DNA of 64,000 nucleotides from an uncultured Veillonellaceae bacterium. GTDB lineage: Bacteria > Bacillota > Negativicutes > JARBTT01. Numbering within the stretch: position 1 is the first letter of the stretch; every line of letters starts with the position of its first letter. The DNA lies in NCBI GenBank assembly GCA_963805085.1, contig CAWDTA010000002.1, positions 1,472,001 to 1,536,000 of the forward strand. The letters are read 5' to 3'. The position numbers and the translations under genes are program-made. Positions 1-8,253 of the stretch are shown here, piece after piece. The notes beneath the pieces are model-generated. The model did not search any database. It was not told the origin of the DNA and saw only the letters and a list, made by a program, of their open reading frames with translations.

Positions 1-147
1 GTTAAATTGCTTAATTGTTTTTACCAGTGCTGTTAAATCTTCTACCGTGTGTGTAATTTCAAATGGTCGCTGAATAATTTCACCATAAGGCTTTAAAATA
101 CAAACGGTACTTTTACCTTTTGAAACGTCAATTCCTACACTGATCAA
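1..147 (-). CDS. IS110-family DEDD transposase/bridge recombinase, N-terminus (runs off the window)
   Basis: Minus strand reads TTG-start MISVGIDVSKGKSTVCILKPYGEIIQRPFEITHT (GIDVSK DEDD motif); AGGAGG RBS at 157-162. Confidence 0.9.
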   Translation of the reverse strand, partial: MISVGIDVSKGKSTVCILKPYGEIIQRPFEITHTVEDLTALVKTIKQFN

Positions 148-204
148 GGGGATATACCTCCTAATATAATCTTTGTAAAATGGTATCCAATCCTACTTAT
201 TATT

Positions 205-400
205 CTTCATTTTAGTTCGTTACACGAAAGCCAGAAAATGGTTTCAACCTGCTTAATCGAAGATTTATAATAAGAGGATGGCAGACTGTTTTCGTCACGG
301 ATACGAAATCCAAAGGAACGTACGTCTGACCATATACTCCACTTATTATAATAAAAATAAGTGCGAACAACTAAAAATTTTCATTTAGTGTTCACACTTT
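205..400 (-). ncRNA. IS110 bridge RNA in the left non-coding end (5' stem-loop, target-binding loop, donor-binding loop)
   Basis: Three stem-loops in the order known for IS621. Loop segment 312-321 (aaaggaacgt) is identical to flanking DNA 410-419; loop segment 289-298 matches the repeat's GTGACGGAAA at 9/10. Confidence 0.8.
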
Positions 401-409
401 TATAGTACT

Positions 410-440
410 AAAGGAACGTCCCCGCCTGCCACTTGCCCTC
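410..440 (+). repeat. 3' end of a dispersed repeat copy interrupted by IS110
   Basis: aaaggaacgtcccc is the 3' motif of the repeat (compare 6593-6606) and abuts the IS end tatagtact. Confidence 0.75.
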
Positions 441-545
441 AAAGAAACGCTTGTTTACTTTATGAATAAAATAGAATATAATAAGCATATACTAAATAAA
501 CCAAAAACGCACTGCGTAAACAGGACGTTTCGGTTGAATACGAGG

Positions 546-635
546 TTAGGTTAGCACTTTTATGGTAAAAGCAATTAATGCTACTACCTTAACAAGTACC
601 ATTGGTTCGATCTGAAAATCAAAATGGAACTTCAT
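546..635 (-). CDS. 29-aa hydrophobic peptide, candidate type I toxin
   Basis: AGGAGGTG RBS; MKFHFDFQIEPMVLVKVVALIAFTIKVLT; opposing TTTACT-17-TATAAT promoter at 454-482; hairpin 661-688. Confidence 0.5.
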   Translation of the reverse strand: MKFHFDFQIEPMVLVKVVALIAFTIKVLT

Positions 636-814
636 AAGGTCACCTCCTTGTATTCAGTTTTAAGGACGTAGTTAGCGCTACGTCCTTAGTTATTATAACT
701 TAATATTACCAATTTTGATAACTTGAATTTCGGGCTGTTTTTTTTATGTCTCTTCTGATTTCATCTCTATGAATTGCTGATAAAACATTAATAAAGGCGA
801 ACACAAATACTGGT

Positions 815-970
815 AAATAGAATATAATCACTAAAAAGGAAACTCCTGCTGAATTCTGTATAAATTTGGCAGGAGTTTTGAGGTTTCATGAGAATATGTA
901 ATTTTAATACCAAAAAGCGATGGTAAGGTGACGGAAGAGGAACGTCCCTGAGTGTCCTCTGAGTGTCCGT
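815..970 (+). repeat. Dispersed repeat copy A (short form)
   Basis: aaatagaatataa...aactcctgctgaattctgtataaatttggcaggagtt...gagaatatgt...ggtgacggaagaggaacgtccc plus a tandem ctgagtgtcc tail. Confidence 0.95.
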
Positions 971-980
971 AAGATATACA

Positions 981-2348
981 TTAGAGTGATGGTTTCTCCG
1001 ATTTTACGGCACTTTTAACACCATAAGGATCAAAAATCCTAAATGGATCATAATTAGGCATTGCAAATTTAAGTGGATTCGTTTTACTATAATATAGCCA
1101 ATCTTCTTTGGTATTAATTGCTGCATAGTCTATAGATTCGTTCTGTGGTTGAGTGCTGATGGGGACAATATCACATTCATAAAACGTTGCATCCGTTCGT
1201 TTTAAAGTCAAATGTAAAATTGGCCGTTTCATATCCATTTTTATCATATCTTCAAATTCATATAAGTGCAGAGTGTTTGTTTGGATACCATTAATTGAAA
1301 TAATTTGATCACCTGGTTTTACAGCAATAAGTGTTGGTATTTGTTCTGTACTTACCTTCTGAACTGTAAATGGGCCTTTGCTCCAACTTTCATTTGCATC
1401 CAAATATTTTTTTCGAAGATTGAGTCCATAATCATTGAGTCCATAAAAACCTTCGTAGGTTTGATCAATGAGTTTTTTTGTATCTAATAAATATTTATCA
1501 AATTTATCTGGTTTTTTGTCATTAGATAATGTAAACGATAATGGTATATAGTCGGTGCCACTAGAAACGTACATACCAGTCCATGAATCTTTACGAGTAT
1601 GCTCATAGATTAGCCAAGCACGATAATTCAGCCAAGTACCTTCTGATGTTTCAATAAAATCACAGAAATTAAGCACGTCGCTGTCATCACCTCTAAAGCC
1701 AATAGACTTGTTTACATCATCTCTGGCATAACGATTATATCCGTAATAGCCACTCATTACTTTTTTTATGTCATAGTGATAGTTTAAATTATAGCAAAAA
1801 GCATCTTTTATCTGAGAGTATGTTTTGTTTGGAAAAAACAGTTGATAAGTCGGTATATCATAAGCAATGGCTGGATATGTATGCGCTTTTTCTACTGGAA
1901 TTTTCCCGATTTTAACAAATTCCTCTGGTATGATCCTACAGCGTGATTTTATATTTTTCTTGTCAGATATTTTTAATTCATATTCCAATTTCTGTTTTGA
2001 ATTTAGTCCCTGCCAATCAGATTCATTATAAACATACCATTTATCAATAGAGTTACTTGTCGTAGCGTTTTTTCTTAGAGCAGGATCTTTTATTTCTGTC
2101 AGTGGAATTTTCGTTGTTTTATCAACAATAATATTTGCTTCTAAGATATCTGGCACATTTTTATTAATGTGAAGTACTGTATAGTCTTTTTCTTTCGTGA
2201 AAACATGTTGAATTTCTAAGTAGTCGTCTTGAGTAAAATATACTGTTGTACCATTTGTTTGGTCTACCTTGTAAATTGTTGCTTGACAACTACCGATATT
2301 TACTAAGAAAAAAAACAAAATTATCAATAACTTGTGCATCCATGTCAT
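981..2348 (-). CDS. Secreted hypothetical protein with C-terminal PDZ-like domain
   Basis: Signal peptide; VKPGDQIISING PDZ motif; GAGGA RBS. Confidence 0.75.
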   Translation of the reverse strand: MTWMHKLLIILFFFLVNIGSCQATIYKVDQTNGTTVYFTQDDYLEIQHVFTKEKDYTVLHINKNVPDILEANIIVDKTTKIPLTEIKDPALRKNATTSNSIDKWYVYNESDWQGLNSKQKLEYELKISDKKNIKSRCRIIPEEFVKIGKIPVEKAHTYPAIAYDIPTYQLFFPNKTYSQIKDAFCYNLNYHYDIKKVMSGYYGYNRYARDDVNKSIGFRGDDSDVLNFCDFIETSEGTWLNYRAWLIYEHTRKDSWTGMYVSSGTDYIPLSFTLSNDKKPDKFDKYLLDTKKLIDQTYEGFYGLNDYGLNLRKKYLDANESWSKGPFTVQKVSTEQIPTLIAVKPGDQIISINGIQTNTLHLYEFEDMIKMDMKRPILHLTLKRTDATFYECDIVPISTQPQNESIDYAAINTKEDWLYYSKTNPLKFAMPNYDPFRIFDPYGVKSAVKSEKPSL

Positions 2349-2545
2349 GAAATTTTCCTCCTAAATTATGTTGTTATATTTTATCCTTGCTAATTGTAGC
2401 ATAATTTACCAATACTAAGCAATTTAGTTAAAAGAGATTTATAAAGCAATTAAGACGTTTTTGCAAATGCAGAACGGGCAATCAAGCTCCATCACGATAA
2501 AGAATTAGGTGCTTTTTCACCATTCTGCCGTTCCCTTGTCGCATG

Positions 2546-2761
2546 TAAAACACCAAAAAGGAAACTCCTGCTGAATTCTGTATGAATTTGGCAGGAGTTT
2601 TGAGCTTTTATGAGAATATGTAAATTTAATATCAAAAAGTTGATGGCAAGGTTGAGGCGGGCGAAGTGGCGGAGGTAGTGTCTTAGAGGAAAGCAATAAG
2701 ACGAAATCACCGTCCCCAGTCGTTCAAGAATAGTGGGACAGGGAACCTGTCCCCTTGTCCC
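2546..2761 (+). repeat. Dispersed repeat copy B (long form)
   Basis: Same core hairpin and promoter; ends gggacagggaacctgtccccttgtccc. Confidence 0.95.
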
Positions 2762-2890
2762 TATAGAAAAATTTTCTGAATTCATGAAAAGAATGACAGT
2801 AGGGACGTTTCTTTATTTTCAATATCATTACTGATTTCATATTTATGAACCTATAATAAACCATTGAAAAAGGTCTATAGGAATACCATT

Positions 2891-3037
2891 AAATAGAATA
2901 TAAACACTAAAAAGGAAACTCCTGCTGAATTCTGTATGAATTTGGCAGGAGTTTTGAGGTTTCATGAGAATATGTAGGTTTAGTATCAAAATGTCGATGG
3001 CAGGGTGACTGAAAATGAACGTCCATCGTTTGTCCGT
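2891..3037 (+). repeat. Dispersed repeat copy C (short form)
   Basis: Near-identical core to copy A. Confidence 0.95.
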
Positions 3038-3064
3038 AATAATTAATTATGGGGTGAGGGTATC

Positions 3065-3565
3065 ATGAAAGTATCATTAAGGGCATTAGCTATTGATGAT
3101 TTTCAAGTTTTAGAACAATGGTATGAACAAATTAACGGAGCAACATATACATCGCGATATGGGCCTAAAAAATTTAATGGAATTGATACAAGTATAAGTG
3201 AAAAATATACTTGGTATATTATCAAGGTTAATGAAATCGACTGTGGAGTAATATGGCTTGAAAAAGAAGAAAAGAATAATGATATAGCTATTCTTGGGAT
3301 AATGATAGGTAAAGAAGATTATTTTGGGAAAGGTATTGGAAAAGAAGCAATAAGTTTAGCTATTAATCAATCAAGGAAAGACCTTAAATTTAATAAAGTT
3401 TGCCTAAATGTGAGAAAAACAAATATTAGAGCAATCAGATGTTATACTAAGTATGGCTTTTGCATTAGTGGTGAAGGTGAAAAAATTGGCAGTGAAGAAC
3501 AGAAGATAGAATTTTTCAGTATGATTTTAGATGTAGAAAAAGTGCAGCGTGAAGTATTCTTTTGA
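3065..3565 (+). CDS. GNAT N-acetyltransferase (RimJ/RimL-like)
   Basis: GKGIGKEA acetyl-CoA motif A; NIRAIRCYTKYGF motif B. Confidence 0.9.
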   Translation: MKVSLRALAIDDFQVLEQWYEQINGATYTSRYGPKKFNGIDTSISEKYTWYIIKVNEIDCGVIWLEKEEKNNDIAILGIMIGKEDYFGKGIGKEAISLAINQSRKDLKFNKVCLNVRKTNIRAIRCYTKYGFCISGEGEKIGSEEQKIEFFSMILDVEKVQREVFF

Positions 3566-3584
3566 CTACACAATAATGCCGCTG

Positions 3585-3750
3585 AATAGAATATAAACAG
3601 TAAAGAGAAAGCTCCTGCTGAATTCTGTATGAATTTGGCAGGAGTTTTGAGCGTTTATGAGAATATGTAAATTTAATATCAAAAAGTTGATGGCAAGGTG
3701 ACGGAAAAGAAACGTCCCTGAGTGTCTCCTGAGTGTCTCTGATTGCCTCC
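3585..3750 (+). repeat. Dispersed repeat copy D (short form)
   Basis: Core hairpin; ends gaaacgtccctgagtgtctcctgagtgtctct. Confidence 0.95.
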
Positions 3751-3789
3751 AAAAATTAAAGCCCTGGGTGCAGTCAGAGAATAGGTGGG

Positions 3790-4296
3790 TTATTTCTTGA
3801 ATTCGATATTTTGCATGATGTAGGAGAATTCGGCAAGGGTGGTTTCGTACTGAGATTCTTTTGGCGCACTGAATAGAAAATAGCGAAAGTCGGCTCCGTC
3901 AATTGCAAGCATAGAATATATGCGCTTATCATTATTCGGATACATCACGACTGCAGTTAACCAAAAGGCTTGGTGATTATTCACTTGTAGATTTTTGCAA
4001 GTTCTAATTCGAGCGTTGAGGCTTGTGATGTAAGAGTTTTTGGTTTTGAGCAAACAGTCATCTAAACTACCTTCTTTGGGGATAACAGTCAAGTTTATAT
4101 CTGGTGATTTATGATTTTGCATAGTGAATAGGTAAAGAAAGCCCGTAGGAATATCATTTTTATAAGGAATAGCTTCTTGAGTGAACTCAATTTTTATAAA
4201 TTCGTCTTCGTATACCTTTATCTGCTGAGGCTCTGCAGCATACACTGATGTTACGGCAAACATTATTGATACGAGTGATAATAAGATTCGGTGCAT
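3790..4296 (-). CDS. Secreted hypothetical protein (possibly PsbP/DcrB-like fold)
   Basis: Start reassigned to ATG 4296 after AGGAGG; signal peptide MHRILLSLVSIMFAVTSVYA. Confidence 0.7.
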   Translation of the reverse strand: MHRILLSLVSIMFAVTSVYAAEPQQIKVYEDEFIKIEFTQEAIPYKNDIPTGFLYLFTMQNHKSPDINLTVIPKEGSLDDCLLKTKNSYITSLNARIRTCKNLQVNNHQAFWLTAVVMYPNNDKRIYSMLAIDGADFRYFLFSAPKESQYETTLAEFSYIMQNIEFKK

Positions 4297-4455
4297 TAGG
4301 GACCTCCTGTTTATTTCGCAATTTTGATACTGACAATAATCTTTTTCTATTATAAGGTAATTTAAGCGGGATGGGAAGGTATAAGAAGATAATGGCAAAG
4401 GAATAGAAAAAATGTCACTATCTGTAGGAGAATCGATAGTTAAGGGGGAGCATTA

Positions 4456-5019
4456 ATGCCAAGAATCTTTGGGGAAAGAATAATATTGCGAGAATATAAA
4501 AAAGAAGATTTGCTATATATGCGAAAATGGGTTAATGACCCAGAAATAGTAGATAATTTATCTGACGTATTTTTACATGCTAATACAATAAATGAAACGG
4601 AAAACTTTCTGAACAGTATACTTGAGGGGAAAAATAATCAACAAAAAAATTTTGTTATTGCTGATAAACAAACTGAAGAATATATTGGGCAAATTGATTT
4701 AATTAATATTGATTGGAAAAATCGTGTTGCTGAAATGGGTATCGTTATTGGCAATAAAGATTTACTAGGAAAAGGGATTGGAACAGAGGCTATCAAGTTA
4801 TTACAAGCTTTCGTTTTTGAGAGATTAAATATGAATCGGTTAGAATTAAATTTGCATGATTATAATGAAAGAGCTTATAAATGTTATTTGAAATGCGGCT
4901 TTGTGGAAGAAGGACGACTACGGAAAAAATTTTTTATTAATGGTCAATATACCGATGTTATTCTGATGGGAATACTTCGTGATGAGTATAATAGGGGGAG
5001 TAAAATATCAAGTATATGA
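4456..5019 (+). CDS. GNAT N-acetyltransferase (RimJ/RimL/SpeG-like)
   Basis: GKGIGTEA; NERAYKCYLKCGFVEEGRLR. Confidence 0.92.
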   Translation: MPRIFGERIILREYKKEDLLYMRKWVNDPEIVDNLSDVFLHANTINETENFLNSILEGKNNQQKNFVIADKQTEEYIGQIDLINIDWKNRVAEMGIVIGNKDLLGKGIGTEAIKLLQAFVFERLNMNRLELNLHDYNERAYKCYLKCGFVEEGRLRKKFFINGQYTDVILMGILRDEYNRGSKISSI

Positions 5020-5101
5020 TCAAAGAAGGCTTTAAAAGTATTGCAATAAGGCAATACTGGATAAAAAATTATAGACAAAAGTTTGAACAAATATTGACAA
5101 A

Positions 5102-5222
5102 TAAAATATAAACTCCTGCTGAATTCTGTATGAATTTGGCAGGAATTTTGAGCTTTCATGAGAATATGTAAGTTTACTAGTTGAAAAATTATGGTAAGTT
5201 GACGGAAAAGAAATCTTTCCGC
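5102..5222 (+). repeat. Dispersed repeat copy E
   Basis: aactcctgctgaattctgtatgaatttggcaggaattttgagctttcatgagaatatgt. Confidence 0.9.
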
Positions 5223-5245
5223 CTTCTATGGGGGAATAGAACTTT

Positions 5246-6451
5246 ATGAATAATATTAAGGCTGTATTTTTTGATTTTGATAATACAATAGTAGATTATG
5301 TAAAATCAGATATAGACAGTCTGAGGATGGTAGCAGAATCTTTGCCAATTACAGTAGACACAAATGTTTTCATTGACATTGCTGTTGAGCAAATTATGAA
5401 GTTTCATGGCTTGGTTAGTGATGGTAAAGTGGAGCCTAGTGATATACATAATTATCGTTTTTATAACACCATGAAGTATTTTTCTGTTGAATTGAAAACA
5501 AAATATTTAGATATTTATTTGCAACATTTCATAAAATCTACAATTTGTTTTTCGGGAGTAGAAGAAGTAATAAGATATTTGTATGGTAAGGTTAGATTGG
5601 GAATAGTAACCAATGCCTATAATTCGGAAGAACAAAAACGAAGAGTTGACAATACAGGGATAACAGGGTATTTTGATGATATTGTTGTATGTGCAGATAT
5701 CGGAGCCTATAAACCAACCAAAGAGGCATTTCTTTATTTGGTTGATAAGTACCGCTTGAAGCCGTTTGATTGTTTATATATTGGTGATTCGGAAGAATAT
5801 GATATAAAAGGGGCTAGAAATGCTGGTTTATATACAATAAAGATGGCTCATAATTCATCAAAAATAAATTCAGTAGCAGATTTTGTTTGTGATGATTTTC
5901 AGGATTTATTTAAATTATTCTTGGAAAAATTAGTGGTAAAGAATAATGTGGGAATTGATGGGGATATTTCCTACAAAGAATGTGCACAAGATGTAGCTCT
6001 TGCAGATGTAAGTAAACATACGATGCAGCTTATCTGGTTTCTGAATAATGATGATCGTTTACTTGATCATTTTGGTTCTAATAGCTCAGTTAAGATAACT
6101 GAACAAGAATTTTTAGAAACCAATAGAAAATGGATTGTCGAAAATTATGCGGATATGTTTGCTATCGTCTTAGGGAAAAAAGCAATAGGGATTATATCTT
6201 TAAGTCACAAGGATACTATCAACCATACAGCACGAATTGGTTATTGGCTCGGGAGTGCTTATTGGAATAAGGGATGCGGAAGTAGGGCTTTTAAACTTAT
6301 GCTTAGCGAAGCAAAGAATAGAGGCTTTAAATATGTATCTTCTACGATTAGAAAAGACAATGTAGCATCTATAAAGATATGGGACAAATATGGCGCACAA
6401 ATCATATCTAGTAATGGTAGATATTCGTGTGTTATCAACCTTGAAAATTAA
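5246..6451 (+). CDS. HAD-family hydrolase fused to a C-terminal GNAT domain
   Basis: FDFDNT motif I, KP, IGDSEEYDI motif IV; C-terminal IGYWLGSAYWNKGCG GNAT. Confidence 0.85.
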   Translation: MNNIKAVFFDFDNTIVDYVKSDIDSLRMVAESLPITVDTNVFIDIAVEQIMKFHGLVSDGKVEPSDIHNYRFYNTMKYFSVELKTKYLDIYLQHFIKSTICFSGVEEVIRYLYGKVRLGIVTNAYNSEEQKRRVDNTGITGYFDDIVVCADIGAYKPTKEAFLYLVDKYRLKPFDCLYIGDSEEYDIKGARNAGLYTIKMAHNSSKINSVADFVCDDFQDLFKLFLEKLVVKNNVGIDGDISYKECAQDVALADVSKHTMQLIWFLNNDDRLLDHFGSNSSVKITEQEFLETNRKWIVENYADMFAIVLGKKAIGIISLSHKDTINHTARIGYWLGSAYWNKGCGSRAFKLMLSEAKNRGFKYVSSTIRKDNVASIKIWDKYGAQIISSNGRYSCVINLEN

Positions 6452-6475
6452 ATATCGCAGTAGAAACTGTTATGT

Positions 6476-6500
6476 GAGTTCGAATTCCTCCGGGCGCACA
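6476..6500 (+). other. Degenerate tRNA 3'-end fragment (tRNA-Arg-like), possible att remnant
   Basis: gagttcgaattcctccgggcgcaca resembles T-arm plus acceptor GTTCGAATCC..CGGGCGC.CCA; no 5' half present. Confidence 0.5.
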
Positions 6501-6527
6501 AGCTAAATACAATAAAAGTAAGGCTTC

Positions 6528-6625
6528 AGAGTTCTGAGCCTTTATGAGAATATGTAGGTTTAGTATCAAAAAGTTGATGGTAGGGTGACGGAAAAGGAAC
6601 GTCCCCGACTGTCCGACTGTCGTCC
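6528..6625 (+). repeat. Dispersed repeat copy F (5'-truncated)
   Basis: tttatgagaatatgtaggtttagtatcaaaaagttgatggtagggtgacggaaaaggaacgtcccc plus tandem gactgtc. Confidence 0.9.
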
Positions 6626-6735
6626 TAAATTATATAGGACAAGTATTTCATTATTTTAGTTGCTTTTTTCTCACCTCAGAAAGTGTTTAATGGGTGGTGA
6701 TTACATGTTGCTTAGATTTTGACGTACTTCAAGAA

Positions 6736-6846
6736 ATGTTAATTATAGTTGAGAGTATCTTAGGAATAGCAAAGATTGCTTTAGAGATTTTTTTGGAATA
6801 CAAAGAAATTAAGAAATCTCGTACACGGAGAAAACATCATAATTGA
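6736..6846 (+). CDS. 36-aa membrane peptide, candidate type I toxin
   Basis: MLIIVESILGIAKIALEIFLEYKEIKKSRTRRKHHN, hydrophobic helix plus basic tail; terminator gagagccttagggctcttttttt follows. Start uncertain (in-frame GTG at 6694). Confidence 0.5.
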   Translation: MLIIVESILGIAKIALEIFLEYKEIKKSRTRRKHHN

Positions 6847-7024
6847 GAGCCTTAGGGCTCTTTTTTTCATGCCATAAATGAGGTGAGTAGATGATACTAA
6901 ATAAAGCGAGGTCAACGGACGTGAAAAATCTGGTGACCTCGCTTTTTCTATATCAAAATCATATTTCGATTTACTTTTACTTGCAATCTCTAAGAAACGT
7001 AATATAACTAGGAATAGGTGAAAA

Positions 7025-7120
7025 TTAAAAAAGTCGCCGTGTCTTGCCGTAGTGACACACTCTCAAGCAAGAGCAGGTGAACAGGCACCTACACGTAACA
7101 GCTAGCTGTCTACGACGACA
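7025..7120 (-). ncRNA. Candidate structured small RNA
   Basis: Minus-strand TATAAT at 7125-7130; closing stem gtcgtcgt/acggcgac plus U-tract; several internal hairpins. Confidence 0.4.
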
Positions 7121-7265
7121 ATTTATTATACCGTGGTATAAATCAGCTTCTAATTTCCTACGAATACTTTGAAGATTTAACGTGATTAAGGCTAAACTTT
7201 TGGGTATCTGTCAAACAATTATTCAAGGGTAAAAAAAGTTATTACCCCACAAATTGTGTAAAATA

Positions 7266-7294
7266 TTGACATAAAATAATAAAAGTAGTATAAC
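7266..7294 (+). promoter_or_regulatory. SigA-type promoter upstream of the PKS cluster
   Basis: TTGACA-17bp-TATAAC. Confidence 0.65.
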
Positions 7295-7452
7295 TAACAT
7301 AAATAATACAAATAAACCAAAATATGTTTTATGATGTAAAAAGACATCGTTTTATGTTTCCCCAATATTGATTTCGATGGAGTTTTCTTAAAGCGCTGAT
7401 ATATGAGACTATGGAAATGATGTAAAACCGATAAGAATGGAAGTAATACAAA

Positions 7453-8241
7453 ATGAATTTAGAGATTATAAAAGATGTTTCTGAGAAGAATCCGGAGTTT
7501 CCTTCTCTTCTTTTTGTGCATGGAATATGTCATGGGGCATGGTGTTGGAAAGAAAATTTTCTCCCTTATTTTTCAGCAAAAGGTTTTCCTTCGTATGCTC
7601 TTAGTCTGCGTGGGCATGGCAAAAGTGAAGGTTATGAAAGTCTACATTCTTTTTCATTAGATGATTATATGGAAGATGTGCTTGAATTGATGCTAACTTT
7701 AAAGGAAAAACCTGTGTTAATTGGACATTCAATGGGAGGGGCGGTTGTGCAAAAGATATTATCTTTACATCCAGCTAAAGTAAAAGCAGTAGTTTTGCTA
7801 GCTTCGGTGCCTCCTAATGGTATGTTCAAAGATTTAGTTAGACTAATCTTTACCAATTTTACAGAAGCTAAACAATTGTTTTTGTTTAATAGAAGGAGAA
7901 ATGTAAGATCTCCTATTAATTTATTTTTGTCTCCAAATTTACGCAAGGATAAAAAAGAAAAATATGGGATGCTATTACAACCGGAGTCAGTTAAAGCAGG
8001 TAAAAATTGCAGTAAGCCAATCATTACTAAGCCAATAAATACTAAAGTTCCAATTATGGTAATTGGTTCTAGAAAGGATTGGATTTTTTCTGAAAAAACT
8101 GCTGCAGGGATTGCAAAATTTTATCAATCAAAACTAGTTGTATTTGATAACGTTAGTCATGATATGATGTTAGATCCGAATTGGGAATTGGTGGCCGACC
8201 AGATCCTTATTTTTTTGCGTGAGATAGTACATAAAAGGTAG
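7453..8241 (+). CDS. Alpha/beta hydrolase (PKS cluster)
   Basis: VHG oxyanion motif, GHSMGG nucleophile elbow, SHDMML catalytic His. Confidence 0.9.
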   Translation: MNLEIIKDVSEKNPEFPSLLFVHGICHGAWCWKENFLPYFSAKGFPSYALSLRGHGKSEGYESLHSFSLDDYMEDVLELMLTLKEKPVLIGHSMGGAVVQKILSLHPAKVKAVVLLASVPPNGMFKDLVRLIFTNFTEAKQLFLFNRRRNVRSPINLFLSPNLRKDKKEKYGMLLQPESVKAGKNCSKPIITKPINTKVPIMVIGSRKDWIFSEKTAAGIAKFYQSKLVVFDNVSHDMMLDPNWELVADQILIFLREIVHKR

Positions 8242-8253
8242 GAGGAGTAAGGT

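Noticed and set aside
880-905. dif/Xer-like site in the repeat (agaatatgtaaattt)
   Set aside because: Only a partial resemblance to one XerD arm, without 11-6-11 symmetry; better explained as a SigH -10 region.
6476-6500. Functional tRNA gene
   Set aside because: Only a degenerate 3' fragment, with no D-arm or anticodon arm.
815-6625. CRISPR array interpretation of the repeat
   Set aside because: Units exceed 100 bp, spacing is 0.1-1.6 kb and contains whole genes, and no cas genes are present.
815-6625. Classical integron attC array
   Set aside because: No RYYYAAC/GTTRRRY ends, no intI in the window, and cassette genes occur in both orientations. Kept only as an analogy.
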